64,000 nucleotides of DNA from Balanoglossus misakiensis. Its lineage: Eukaryota > Animalia > Hemichordata. The stretch spans positions 10,415,099 to 10,479,098 of the forward strand of contig CM082581.2 in assembly GCA_040954595.2 (NCBI GenBank). Direction: 5' to 3'. A program made the position numbers and the translations under genes. Shown here piece by piece: positions 1 through 11,523 of this stretch (position 1 is its first letter; every line of letters begins with the position of its first letter). A model generated the notes under the pieces. That model saw only the letters and a list, made by a program, of their open reading frames with translations. It had not been told where the DNA came from and made no database searches.

Positions 1-209
1 TCTTGGAAAAGGGCACTGACATTGACATATGTCAGACTTAACTGGTGTATCCATGGAAACACGAACCGCAGCTTGTGGCCTAAATGATTCAACAGCTAAA
101 CTACTTGGTTTATTACCGAGTACTTGTTTTAAAATTAATGGCGACACCACATTAAATTCGACCCGTTTTGTCGATTGTCGCCGTGACCGAACCTTTGGCT
201 GGTAAACTT

Positions 210-1781
210 TTAGAAGTCTCCCTGTCTTGAAGGCGTATCCCGTGGTTGCTTTTTCTGGTCAATTTCAGGATCTACAATTTCCGGCAGATACTTTCTGTGA
301 AATCCCGGAGTTTTGATTTTGCGTCGTTCAGACGAGCGCGTGTCTCTCATATAAGTTGGTATGCTCTTGTCTTCGAATTTCCTTTGCTGAATCATAGAGG
401 CCGACAGTTGACTCGTCACGTGAGGGAAGTATCTTGGCCCATAGCCATCGCGGTTGTTCATCCACCAGTCTATCCGGACGTATCGTTCGCTGATTTTTCG
501 AATCCCCATTTCCGACGATCTGACCGGGAGTCCCAGTCGCTCAGCTGCTATGTATATTTTGTACACCGCCATCGGAGTCAGGGGCAACTTGATGATTGAA
601 AATTTGCGCTTCTCGGGAGTTTGTGTGAATACGACGTGCGTTTTGCGCGGTATCAATCGATAACGATCGGACGAGTCTTCGCTTTCTGTTGAAGAGGAGC
701 CTCCGGAGGCGGAGTCGTCACCTCGTTCCGTCAAGTTGTCAGCAACTGCCCTCTTCGAAGTTGACGCCGGCGTCTCCGTCTCCACGTCCCTTGGTGTCGG
801 TTGCTCCTGGTCAACTCTCGGTTCCGTAGATGTTGTTGTTTCTTCAAGTCCGGCCTCGCTGACTCGCCCATCTTCATCTCCAGTCTCCCTGCCCAGGGGT
901 CTTTGGTGCTCTATTCGCGCGACTTCTTCCTCGTCACTCGACGCGTCGCTCGGATGAGACGAAATATCCCGAGCGTTCTCGGACAGCGTAACATGCTGAC
1001 AAGACAACCCTTGGCTGATTTTGTCAATGTCTGTCAAGGAACTGCTCTTGTCTGAGTCGGGGTATGTCTTCGACTTCAATATTGCTTCAAAAATATCACT
1101 TTTTGCGCTGTTTGAATCATCGGTATCGCCGCCGCCGTCATCATCAACATCACCATCATACGATAAAGAAGAGTCACTTTCTCGGCCTTTCGAAATTTGA
1201 CCACATTTTTCTGGCCGTTCCCTTTTCTTGCCGACAAGCTTATATCTGCGTCTTTCCGATTTAAAGCCGCTGTTGTTTTCCCCTGGTCTACCCCCAAATG
1301 GCGTTGCTCTAGGAACAGGACACTTGTATTTCTTTCGTTGTAATGGCGTGGACACAGTCTTTAAATCTATACTGTCTCCTGGAGTCAGTCTTATCTCATT
1401 TCGGACTCTAGATTGAGAACGGAGACCTTTGGTCACGGGAAGCTTCGATTGTCTGATTTTAGGATCCCGCTCTTTGGTACCTTGAGTTTCATTAATGATC
1501 GGCGACTTATCTTGGCGGTGTACTTGTTCACGATCCTCTGTCGAACCCTTCAGACCACCCTTTCTTGTCGCTGGTCGCATCGGTACGGAAAGTCCAGCAG
1601 AATTCTTTGCTGCATATTTGTTTCTCTTGGTCGCACTGGCAATGTTCAGAGACGTAATGCTGAATATGTCTTCGTACTCGACAACTGCGTTTTTGGCGTC
1701 GTACAGCGAGTTCACCAACCAGCCTGGCCTTCTGCGCAACGTTCGGTCGTTCCGCTTTCGCAGGCGCGATCGGCCGTCCAT
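210..1781 (-). CDS. Uncharacterised 523-aa intronless ORF: basic N-terminus, acidic/Ser-rich disordered middle, short ordered C-terminal segment
   Basis: 1572-nt ATG-initiated ORF, more GC-rich than its flanks. No family recognised. C-terminal part contains KFSIIKLPLTPMAVYKIYIAAERLGLP...RIDWWM and IPTYMRDTRSSERR. Confidence 0.65.
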   Translation of the reverse strand: MDGRSRLRKRNDRTLRRRPGWLVNSLYDAKNAVVEYEDIFSITSLNIASATKRNKYAAKNSAGLSVPMRPATRKGGLKGSTEDREQVHRQDKSPIINETQGTKERDPKIRQSKLPVTKGLRSQSRVRNEIRLTPGDSIDLKTVSTPLQRKKYKCPVPRATPFGGRPGENNSGFKSERRRYKLVGKKRERPEKCGQISKGRESDSSLSYDGDVDDDGGGDTDDSNSAKSDIFEAILKSKTYPDSDKSSSLTDIDKISQGLSCQHVTLSENARDISSHPSDASSDEEEVARIEHQRPLGRETGDEDGRVSEAGLEETTTSTEPRVDQEQPTPRDVETETPASTSKRAVADNLTERGDDSASGGSSSTESEDSSDRYRLIPRKTHVVFTQTPEKRKFSIIKLPLTPMAVYKIYIAAERLGLPVRSSEMGIRKISERYVRIDWWMNNRDGYGPRYFPHVTSQLSASMIQQRKFEDKSIPTYMRDTRSSERRKIKTPGFHRKYLPEIVDPEIDQKKQPRDTPSRQGDF

Positions 1782-3702
1782 AATTACTGTGTTCCCTGTG
1801 ATATGTACTGCGATATGTCAGCAGAAGTCATTGAAATCTGATCGCCTGTGATTACAGGTGTTACAGGTGTAGTGATTAGTACCTTTTGTCACGGCTGGAA
1901 GGGGATAATCATTTATCGGTGGCAGCCTCTCCCCACTAAACACTAGTTATACTTTTGACAACGACGACCTCGCATTCGGAGCGCGGCGTTACTCACCACA
2001 CATCCGCAGTCGTTGCACTCACCTGCCGTCAACAGGTGCACACCCAATGTCCTCAGACAACAAACGAGCATAGGCACGGCGGAGACGAGAATAACTTCAT
2101 AAACACCTTTGTTTTGTTTGTTTGTGTAGTATCTACCAACAAACCTCTTCTCAGTTGCCATTAAAAGTAAAAAGAGGCGTGTTGCGACAAAAGCCGGACA
2201 GATTAACTTCGTCATGCCTTGGGGGAAACATGCCTACCATAGGATTTTACACGGATCAGTGATTGGGGCAGCCGCCAACATATTACCCAACCTTTCTAAT
2301 GTCATCTTTCTAGTCTTTTTTTGCCTTTTTTCGTTTTCCTTTTTATTTTACGATGTGAATCTCTGTCGTCTATTTCCTGACAATATTCAAACAGTACGTA
2401 CACTGAAACTCTTCTTGAAAGTTGCCATGACGTCGACAAGTGCCTTTTGTCATTTGAATGTCGACGTTCCCTTTACGTGACATTTTCTGCTTTTGTCCGC
2501 GCATGACTATAAACCGTGGTTTGTGGGAGAAGACGGTGATAGAAACTTAACAGGTCTGCTACCATTAAACGTCACGTTTAACACTTTCGGAGCAGGAGTC
2601 GTTATTTTCAGACGACAGGCGTACTCGCTTCAGCGGTTTTCTTTCACTCTGTTGACCTCTGTAATAAATCACTCTGACATGTAATAAACCACGCTCCCGA
2701 GCCTAAATTCATACATGCCGCGGGGATTGGAAATCGTTGCAAATAATGATTTCAATACGCGTGCAATGGTCAAAGCACTCGGTATAGCCCCCCCCCCCCT
2801 CCGAGAGTTACATACGGGTATCGCAAGAAGGGTGGGCCCCACATGCCATGATGATTGCATGAGTTCAACCACCACACTCAGAAGTAAACAGTTAAACTTG
2901 GAAAAACCACTGGGGACGCTCGCGCTTTTAATACAAATGAAGACTAGGCGACGGTCATTGAGATAGTCACCAGCCGAATATTGAGAATCTTGACATAAGC
3001 TATAGGCAGTAGAACAGTTAAAATATACTTTATTTTTCCATGAAAATTGATCAGTTTCTCACGGCTTTGGAAAGCCCTTGATTTGGATGACCATGGTATC
3101 TTTATATAAAACAAACTCAATTTGTGATATGTGGCCATGTCAGGGACATACGCGAGATTGTTTTACTCTTATCTGAGAAGTAGAGGCCAACTTATTCGTA
3201 CATTGCTTTTTACTTTTTTAGCCAAGGACTACTGAGCTGAGTTCAACACTGAACTTGAACCTGTGCAAGGGGCATTGAACGTCAGAAGTATACCATCATA
3301 TATTATATATGATGATGAATGAAAAGTGTGTTTGAAAATACTCTGTTTCGTTTCGAAAATACTCTCTTCCTATTGGCTTCTGAACCCTAACCTAACCCTC
3401 CAATTGGAATCCAAAGTACTGATTTCACAATTTACAAGAACCTAGGGAGTACTGTTACAGCGCCATCTTGAATTAAATCGCCTGACCCCCATAACCTGTC
3501 GGGAACGAAGTCAGACGCATGAAAGTGTTTTAAAGCACAAAATTGAAGCTTTCGCCGAACGAGTTACGTCTATGACTGGATGTAGCGTTTTTTCGCGTGA
3601 TTCTAATCTTGCTTAACGCTCGTGAAACGGAAAAATCCCAACGAATTCGCGCTGGGATGTTTTGATGACGTGGGAGTGACTGACTGGATCCATTGATGCA
3701 GT

Positions 3703-6700
3703 ATGTTGTCAAAACTGCTCTTCTTGTTGCTGTATTTCGCCCTTCTTTTCCTGGTCGTGAGGGTGTTTGAACTGGCCGCCTGGTACGAAGCCGGTTTCTT
3801 AGCAAGCCAGCTTGTCGACCCGCTCTCACTCAGCGTCCGGAAACTGAAAAGTATTCTCGACGAACGAGGAGTGAGTTACAATGGGGTCTTGGAGAAGACT
3901 GAGCTCTCCGAACTTGTTGACACTTCCGGTATGTACACAATTTATTTATGACCGTGAGAAAGGACCCTGGAAAGGGTCGCCTACCAGATAGACACTTGTT
4001 TTGCGAGTCTTGTTTGTATTGACATGTCAAACAAGACTTTGTATAGTATGATTCGTATTTTCAAATCTTTTGGACACAGTCTGTTTGTAAAATTGTCAGA
4101 TATCACTATGTTCTGTCAGATGTTCTATTTTGACAGTTTGGTTACGTAACACGTCATTAGAGCAAAATGTAATTGAAATACCCACAGTATGGTTTGCATC
4201 AAGACTAAGAGATCTTTGCATTATATGGACCATAGCAGTAACTTTTGGGGCGTTTCTGTTCTACACCCTCAGTGATGTAGATAATAGCCAGTCACTGGTG
4301 CAAGTATAATAGCTGAAATTTGTGGATATTGCTTAATGTGAAAAACTAAAAAATGATGCAAGAGTCTGTATTTTGATTATTTTAAAAGTGGAATAATGAT
4401 ATGGAAATAAGTAAATGAATGAATGAATAAATAAATCAGCTTAGTGTTATGTCATGTTGACATTTAGTGCTTGTACTTCACGTTGCTGTGATCATAGTAA
4501 AATTACAAGATTTCCACTGTACAAGTTATGACAAAGAGAAATGAACTCTTTCTGTCAGTGATGAAACATTTCTCTTATAATTCTCAAGTTTTGGCAAACT
4601 TAATGTGACAGTTCTTTCATGAAAATGCATTCATCACTGTTCACACTGTACCTTTGGTCCCTCATGTATTGTATGTAAATGACCCATTTATAGAGAAACA
4701 GACATGTTACCAAACAGTGTGTGAACTTTGACATGTTGAATCAGTGAGGGGCTAGGCATTGCCGGTAGAAATTTGAGAAAATTCACAGAGAGAAAACAAT
4801 CTGCCAATCAGTGATTGATAAAAACAAAATTTATCTGCATGCATGGTTTTACCTTCAGACACAATGTGTAATTCATTACATGTTGGTTTGGGAGCAAATG
4901 TAGTCTGTCTCCTGATACAGTTCATTTTGTACGGACAGGCGAATTGACAGAAGGGGAGGTGTTGACTGCGTCCGAGGAAGAAACGGCGTCGGAAAGTACC
5001 AGGTTCAGTTGTGGTGCTCACTTCAATGAAGAAGTGGAAGATAAGAAAGACAGTGCCTGGGTCATACAGGTATGCCTAAGCTCCAATTCATCACTCGGGA
5101 ATTAACTTAATAAGTGTATAAAATTTCATAGGGCATGGGTATATACAGACAACTCGTCTCGTATTCATAATAGAGGTACTACTTTGTCATGATCAGTTAT
5201 GCATATACTCAAGTTAGCGTATATGTGGATATAACATTCTGTATTGAGAATGACCATCTGTTTGTCTGGAAAATTGATCAGAGCTCAGAGATGGTGTTGA
5301 CACAAAATAGTAATTGTATTGACATTATCATGTATTAGGTAATACCTCGAAGTCAGTATCCTTGTCTGCCAGACCCGTCATGGTCGCTGTTGGTTAAGAA
5401 AATTTCAAGATTTGGTGTCAGGACAGGAATATTTGATTGCAGCATGGACCCATGGTGAGTGATCATCATTGCTTTCATGGAGTATAGACTTTATGTCAGA
5501 ATAGATAGCATTTTGAATTCACCTTAGAGAGCGCCCTCTAGTGGCAACTCCCTCAAATCCAACATGCATGGGGCAGATGGTGAGATGGCAAATTTTCTTT
5601 GCACTGTTTCTCTGCATGTTTTTCCAAAGCATAAACCAAGCCTCTTAAAAGGATGTATGTGTTTGAATAATAGGGAGGAATATGATGTATTGGACATGTA
5701 ATTGAACATAATCTGACATTAATTTCTGTTTTTTTGATGATTACAGGTTTTGTGACAGAAAAGGATGGACAGTGTCAAACCTCATTCTGACCCTGCCACA
5801 GGGACGAAAACCCAAAGACAATGTTGTCATGGTAACTTACAATGGAACATACAAACTACCGATCATCCTGAATTGGATCAGCAACCAGATATCATCTCGT
5901 CTTCAGACCATTCCAAATTTGTCAAACTTGGAAACCAAGTGGTTGGCCAGATCGGACTCCTCTCCCCTGAAAATAATTCTGTTCTCACATAGCAATGATC
6001 CGCCATTATTTTTCTCTGCCCTTGGTGTGAAATTCACTGGTAGATTTAACTTTGGACAATATTCTTACGATGGAAATTCTTCTATTTTGCAAAATATTGG
6101 CGTCACAACCTATCCCACGTACTTGGTGATAACTCCAGAGTCGGTATTCAAGTACGGCACAAAGGAAGGGGAGTTCTACACCTACAAAGCCATGGAAGTA
6201 TTTTTGAAAGCTTATCACCCAGAAATCAATGACATCTTTTTGTCCAGTCTGCTAGTAATAAACCTGATTTGCCTCATGGAGTTGTTTCTCAGCAACAGTA
6301 GTTTACCGAGGAGGGCGCTGAAACTAGTGTGGGATCTCGGCAAGTATAACATCATTGTGATTATCCTATGGGTTCCTCTGTTGTGGATTGGCCAACTGGG
6401 GTTCATGGACAGTGTGTGTAGATACTGTTATAGGTTCCTTCGCACACTCAGTGGCACCCATTTTGCGGCGTCTTTGAGAAGGGACTGGCTTTTGTACGGC
6501 AACTACACGGGTCTGCTTGTCGGCTCGTTCCTGGTGTTCGGAGTCGCGGTGAACCTGGCCAGGAAGGCTTGTGGGTTTTCTCAGCCGACCGCCGACGACA
6601 ACTTGAACGTCACGGAATGGTGGAACCAGACCATGCAGCAGTACTACAGTCTCCTGTTCCGCACCCGGCTGAGAACGCACGCCCCCATCGACGTGTCCCT

Positions 6701-7577
6701 GATCGAAGACGGGTTAGATCTGTTGGTGGAACGGCTGGCTGTTCCGGACTTCTGGTTGCACCCGGTGATACCGACCGAGTACATAAAAGAGTTACCAGTG
6801 TGGCAGTACAGCGTCCGACAACGTTCAAACTCTCGGTGCAGTGGTCGCCGGGGGAAGCACTGTTGCTGTGGGTGGGATAGCAGTGGAGAGATGAAATCAC
6901 AACACACAAACTCCACTGAAGAGAACATGGCAGAATCGGCTGACAACCAGCAAGACTCTGCAGTCAAGTGTGACTGTGTTCTTTGCCGTAGAGACTCAGC
7001 AAAACTAGACAAAAAGAAGAAAAGGAGAAGTCGAAAGAATAGAAGCAGCAACGAAATTCAAAACAAAGTGGACAGCCTCTGCAGGTGTCCATTACCTAGT
7101 GCACATCACACGTATCATTGTTGTCATAGTGATGATTCGTCTAGTGATCTCAGTGGGACAGAGACAGACTTTCAGAATTGTGGAAAAGAAGGTTCATTTG
7201 ATGATAGTGATAGAGGGGAAAGTTCAGAAACAGTAGTGTCTTCTCCAACCAACCTACCCGTCTCGTCGCCATGCACCAATGACCAGTTTCGACCCCATTC
7301 ATGCAACTGTAGTGGCACCTCACTCCCAGATGACCATACCCACAATGCACCATCCGATACGTATGTCCAGGCTCCTTCTGGTATGATAGAGTGCAGTGAT
7401 TGTGCTATTTGTTTGGACAACTATGAGATTGGAGCTACACTATGTGGGTTACCGTGTGGTCATAATTACCACCAGAAATGTATTGTGATTTGGTTAGAAA
7501 GTAGTAACCACTGCTGTCCAGTTTGTAGATGGCCGGCTTATAAAAAAGAATGCAAGCTATTACAGCACAGGGAATGA
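3703..7577 (+). CDS. RNF103: E3 ubiquitin-protein ligase RNF103 (Kf-1), ER membrane RING-H2 ligase, ~767 aa
   Basis: Exons 3703-3928, 4939-5069, 5339-5454, 5747-7577, all GT-AG and phase-consistent (2304 nt). Hydrophobic N-terminus MLSKLLFLLLYFALLFLVVRVFE followed by LVDPLSLSVRKLKSILDERGVSY; KKISRFGVRTGIFDCSMDP; internal TM segments; LLVERLAVPDFWLHPVIPTEYIKELPVW; C-terminal RING-H2 CAICLDNY..GLPCGHNYHQKCIVIWL..CPVCRWP. All match RNF103 as I recall it. Confidence 0.95.
5531..5545 (-). promoter_or_regulatory. CTCF-consensus motif in RNF103 intron 3
   Basis: GCGCCCTCTAGTGGC; reverse complement GCCACTAGAGGGCGC matches the CTCF core CCACYAGRGGGCGC. Confidence 0.5.
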
Positions 7578-9102
7578 TGATTATATATTGGATGATCATA
7601 ATTTTACCAACTGAAATATCATTTTATGTCTGGATCAATAAAGATAATGAAGTTGGCAATGACATTTGGTGATCGAATCCTTACCATCTGAAATATTTTG
7701 TGTCTAGATCAGTGAAAAAGTTTGTTCTGTTGATTGGTTGCTTAGGAATCATGACAATAGAAATTTAGCAGCTAAAATCCAACAAATCTGCATGGCAGGA
7801 TATCAGAGGGTAAAATAAGCATCTAAGAGTGAATAAAATGGTCTGAATAAACATCAGTCAATTGTCAGTTTTTTTTTTACTATGTTGCCATGGTAAGACT
7901 GTCTCAATCACCATCTGACAGTCGGTTACCTGTAGGTTTCACAAGAGGTCAAAGTTCGTTTGTCCTCTACCTTTGCCCGCTATCAGAAGAATAGTGACTC
8001 TCTAAACAAACTTTCAAGTAGCTTCACTATGAAAGGAATACTATATATTGATGTTGAATCAGACATTCTAACAGTTCCAGACTTGCTTCATCTTTGGACA
8101 ATAGTAATGTATGGTTTTGCAATTATGAATACCAGAGTTTTCTGTCACGGATGGTTTTTCTGTATGGACACTGTCACTCTTTAGGGACTGTGGTATAGAT
8201 GACAGTTTTGCACTATAGCTGCATTAATTTTCGTTTACTGCTGACTTTATTTAGACGAATTTAAGTAAATCTGTGTTTAATGCCTGCGGGTGTCTCAAAG
8301 TTGGAATGACTTGTCTTTCAAGTATTTTTTTGATTTCTTAAAGAATATATTGACTTGTAAAGATGCTAGTAAAATATATGAACAAACTTTATCTTTGAGT
8401 GGTGTCAATTTCATTGACATGTTTATTGTCTAATTTCTGATATGCAAATATTAAAAAAAATCAGAAATATACATTTCAACTAGATACATGCATTTCTAAA
8501 AATCTATCCCATTAGTTTTGAACCATGGGAATACATGTACATTTAGAAAAGTTCTTATCATGGTTTTGATCTTGTAAAAATATTGTATTGAAAGTAGATC
8601 TTCATCTCACGAGTTTAAATGTTACATCTGCTAATGGTAGAAATTCAATTGTTTTCAAATCTAATACACTATATATGTCAACGGTATTTACAAATGTGGT
8701 TTTACAAAAAATGTAGATCCAAAACACACAGACTACCGTACTGCCTAATTAAATATTTTAAAGCATTCTGAATCATGTATATTCACAGATTGTGCGTATA
8801 CCGGTTGGTGTAATAGAAATACTTCAGAATCATAATGTAAAACCTTCCTGAATTACTGGTAGTTATATTTCCGCAAGTTGAATAAGTTTCTGTTTTGGGA
8901 TAGATTACAGATAGTATTCAAAAATCCTTTTACACAAGTATACAGTATGACAATAAGAAAATGAGACGATAATACTTCTTTGTCTCTCAGCATTCTGTGG
9001 CGATTAATGTCAGCATGAAATGCAGTTTTTAAATTGTCTTTAGAACCAAGATGAACTGGTACCTGCAGTGTATTCAGTTTTGATGATTCCCATTCGCCAC
9101 GG

Positions 9103-11523
9103 TCACTTGTACCAGGAAAAATTTGGGGAAGACCATGTCTTATGTGTTCCATGGCGTCTTCCAATACCTTTGCCCCCTGATGCAGCATGCACTGTATCAG
9201 TTCCCCCCTCCTCCTCCTCATCATCATCATCAGAATCAGATTTCGATGCATCCATACTCAGGAAACGTTTCACTGTGTTCTCTGTCGCTTCAATGTCATT
9301 CAAACTCTGACCGTAATATAAGATCTGATTTCCTCTCATTCTGGTGAATACACTTGGATGTTTCATCTGAGCTTCAGCAGCTGCTTTTAGCAGTTCATCA
9401 TGGGATTGTGTGCTCATAAAGGACCTCTGTATGATACTGTTATGGTGTTTCCTGTACAAGTCAATCAGTTTCTCTTGTGCTGCTTGCATATCTTTCCTTT
9501 GATGTGAATTCCCAGTGAATTCCATGTGTATCTTACAATCTGCCCCTACAGCTGCTGATTTGTGAATCTTCACATTGTACTTTTCCTCAATCTCTTTTAG
9601 TTCTTCACCATGCACAAGCTTGATATAAGCAAACATATCTGAATTTACAGTGAACTCATTCATCTCAACATCCTTGGTGTCAAACTTTGTAGATTCATAT
9701 TCAGTTGTTGGGCGTCCACTTTCGATTGGTGATTTACTTCCATAACTACCAACACGTGTGGGTTTACTTGTGCAGCGTCCATAGGCCGTAAATTTTGTAT
9801 CGGATGAACTTCTGTGTTTGTGGGTCATCTCTGCTTCCTCAGCAGTTGTTGGGCGTCCACTTTCGATTGGTGATTTACTTCCATAACTACCAACACGTGT
9901 GGGTTTACTTGTGCAGCGTCCATAGGCCGTAAATTTTGTATCGGATGAACTTCTGTGTTTGTGGGTCATCTCTGCTTCCTCAGCTTTTTGACTGAGGTAG
10001 TGCTCTACCATGAACTCTTCAAGGGCTTCCTTGAATGCTCGGTAATTGTCACTGCTAATAACAATTCCGGAACCTTTAGATAAACAGCTCACACCAGTTT
10101 CTTTTAATGATTTAATCAGATCTCTTTTACCTCCAGAAATCCCTTCTAAGCATTGGTTTGGTATTGTTCGACCTTGTAAATTTACCAGAGGCTGAAGAAG
10201 AATTGAGAGGTCATATTAAGAATATGATAAAAACTTTGCTTTTTGACTGAGGTAGTGCTCTACCATGAACTCTTCAAGATATTTTTGGGCTTCCTTGAAT
10301 GCTCGGTAATTGTCATTGCTAATAACAATTCCGGAACCTTTAGATAAACAGCTCACACCAGTTTCTTTTAATGATTTAATCAGATCTCTTTTACCTTGAG
10401 AGGTCATATTAAGAATATGATAAAAACTTTGCTTTTTGACTGAGGTAGTGCTTTACCATGAACTCTTCAAGATATTTTTGGGCTTCCTTGAATGCTCGGT
10501 AATTGTCACTTCTAATAACAATTCCGGAACCTTTAGATAAACAGCTCACACCAGTTTCTTTTAATGATTTAATCAGATCTCTTTTACCTCCAGAAATCCC
10601 TTCTAAGCATTGGCTTGGTATTGTTCCTTGTAGATTTACCAGAGGCTGAAGAAGAATTGAGAGGTCATATTAAGAATATGATAAAAACTTAGGCGAAAAT
10701 TTCAAATATCAGAGATTATCAAGACTATGAACATTTGGTGATATATACTTTGAATGTGAATATCAGAATGTTTAGTTTTCATAAAAAGAGTCTGCACATA
10801 CCTCTGGTGGTTTTGGGTACACAGTAACTTCACTACCATTGACTTTAAAAGTTTTCAACCCACACATTGTATCAGCAGCTGCCATTAAAAGAAAAAAAAT
10901 AAGAATGAAAACAAAATAATCTAGATCAATTCCTTCACAAAATTATTTATTTCATTTATCCAAAATTATGTTTAGACTCTGTTATGGACCTAGGGTATCT
11001 ATTAGAATCATGCTATTTCTTGAGGTTCAGAATTTGATGATGACATGTTCAATTATATGTCAGTTTTCACAAAAAATCGCGACTGTTGTTTTATTCAAAT
11101 GTCAATTAATATCTGAGGAAGTTACTAGGGGTGCATAGTCTTGTCTTCTTCTCAGAGATATTAAGTAGCAATTTGGTATTTTTTGTGAATCATACTTTGT
11201 TAAACACAGTTACTGCTGTCATCATCTTATCACATGACAAGGCCATGTCAGCCAATCAGAGACCTGGATTGCCCTGGATTATAACTCATCCCACTATACC
11301 GGTACTCAATATACTCACTCTCTTTGTTTGAAAATGTTGCTATGGCAATATCTGTTCTTCTGGAAGATATTGGAAATGTAACATCAACATCAACCCTACC
11401 ATCCCTATGTCTTCTCCCAAGTTTTTCACTCATGGAGGATTGCAAGGCATCTGTGATGTCATTTTTGTGTGCACCGTATTTTAAACCTGTCACAACAATG
11501 CTGCTTTCGTCTGTGTAACTCAT
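9103..11523 (-). CDS. Copy A: RRM-like/KH-like protein lacking the macrodomain (truncated paralog, possibly a decaying pseudogene)
   Basis: Exons 11523-11319, 10878-10802, then 10191-9103 (456 aa, open) or 10645-10409 (early stop, 172 aa). Relative to copy B: a +1 frameshift in the A-run at 9117-9121 gives PNFSWYK-stop, and a 624-bp deletion removes the macrodomain. Confidence 0.6.
9702..9983. repeat. Two exact 141-bp (47-aa) coding tandem repeats in copy A
   Basis: AEEAEMTHKHRSSSDTKFTAYGRCTSKPTRVGSYGSKSPIESGRPTT occurs twice; + strand units start at 9702 and 9843. Confidence 0.95.
9983..10690. repeat. Triplicated intron-end/exon-start block in copy A (units ~255, ~193 and ~260 bp)
   Basis: GCTTTTTGACTGAGGTAGTGCT...GAGAGGTCATATTAAGAATATGATAAAAACTT starts at ~9983, ~10238 and ~10431; the middle unit has lost the splice acceptor. 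Confidence 0.9.

Noticed and set aside
3383-3398. Telomere-like AACCCTAACCTAACCCT near the RNF103 promoter
   Set aside because: Only 2-3 imperfect units; too short to call.
9702-10690. Repeat arrays as CRISPR-like structure
   Set aside because: Long units with no unique spacers and no cas genes, in eukaryotic context; these are intragenic duplications.
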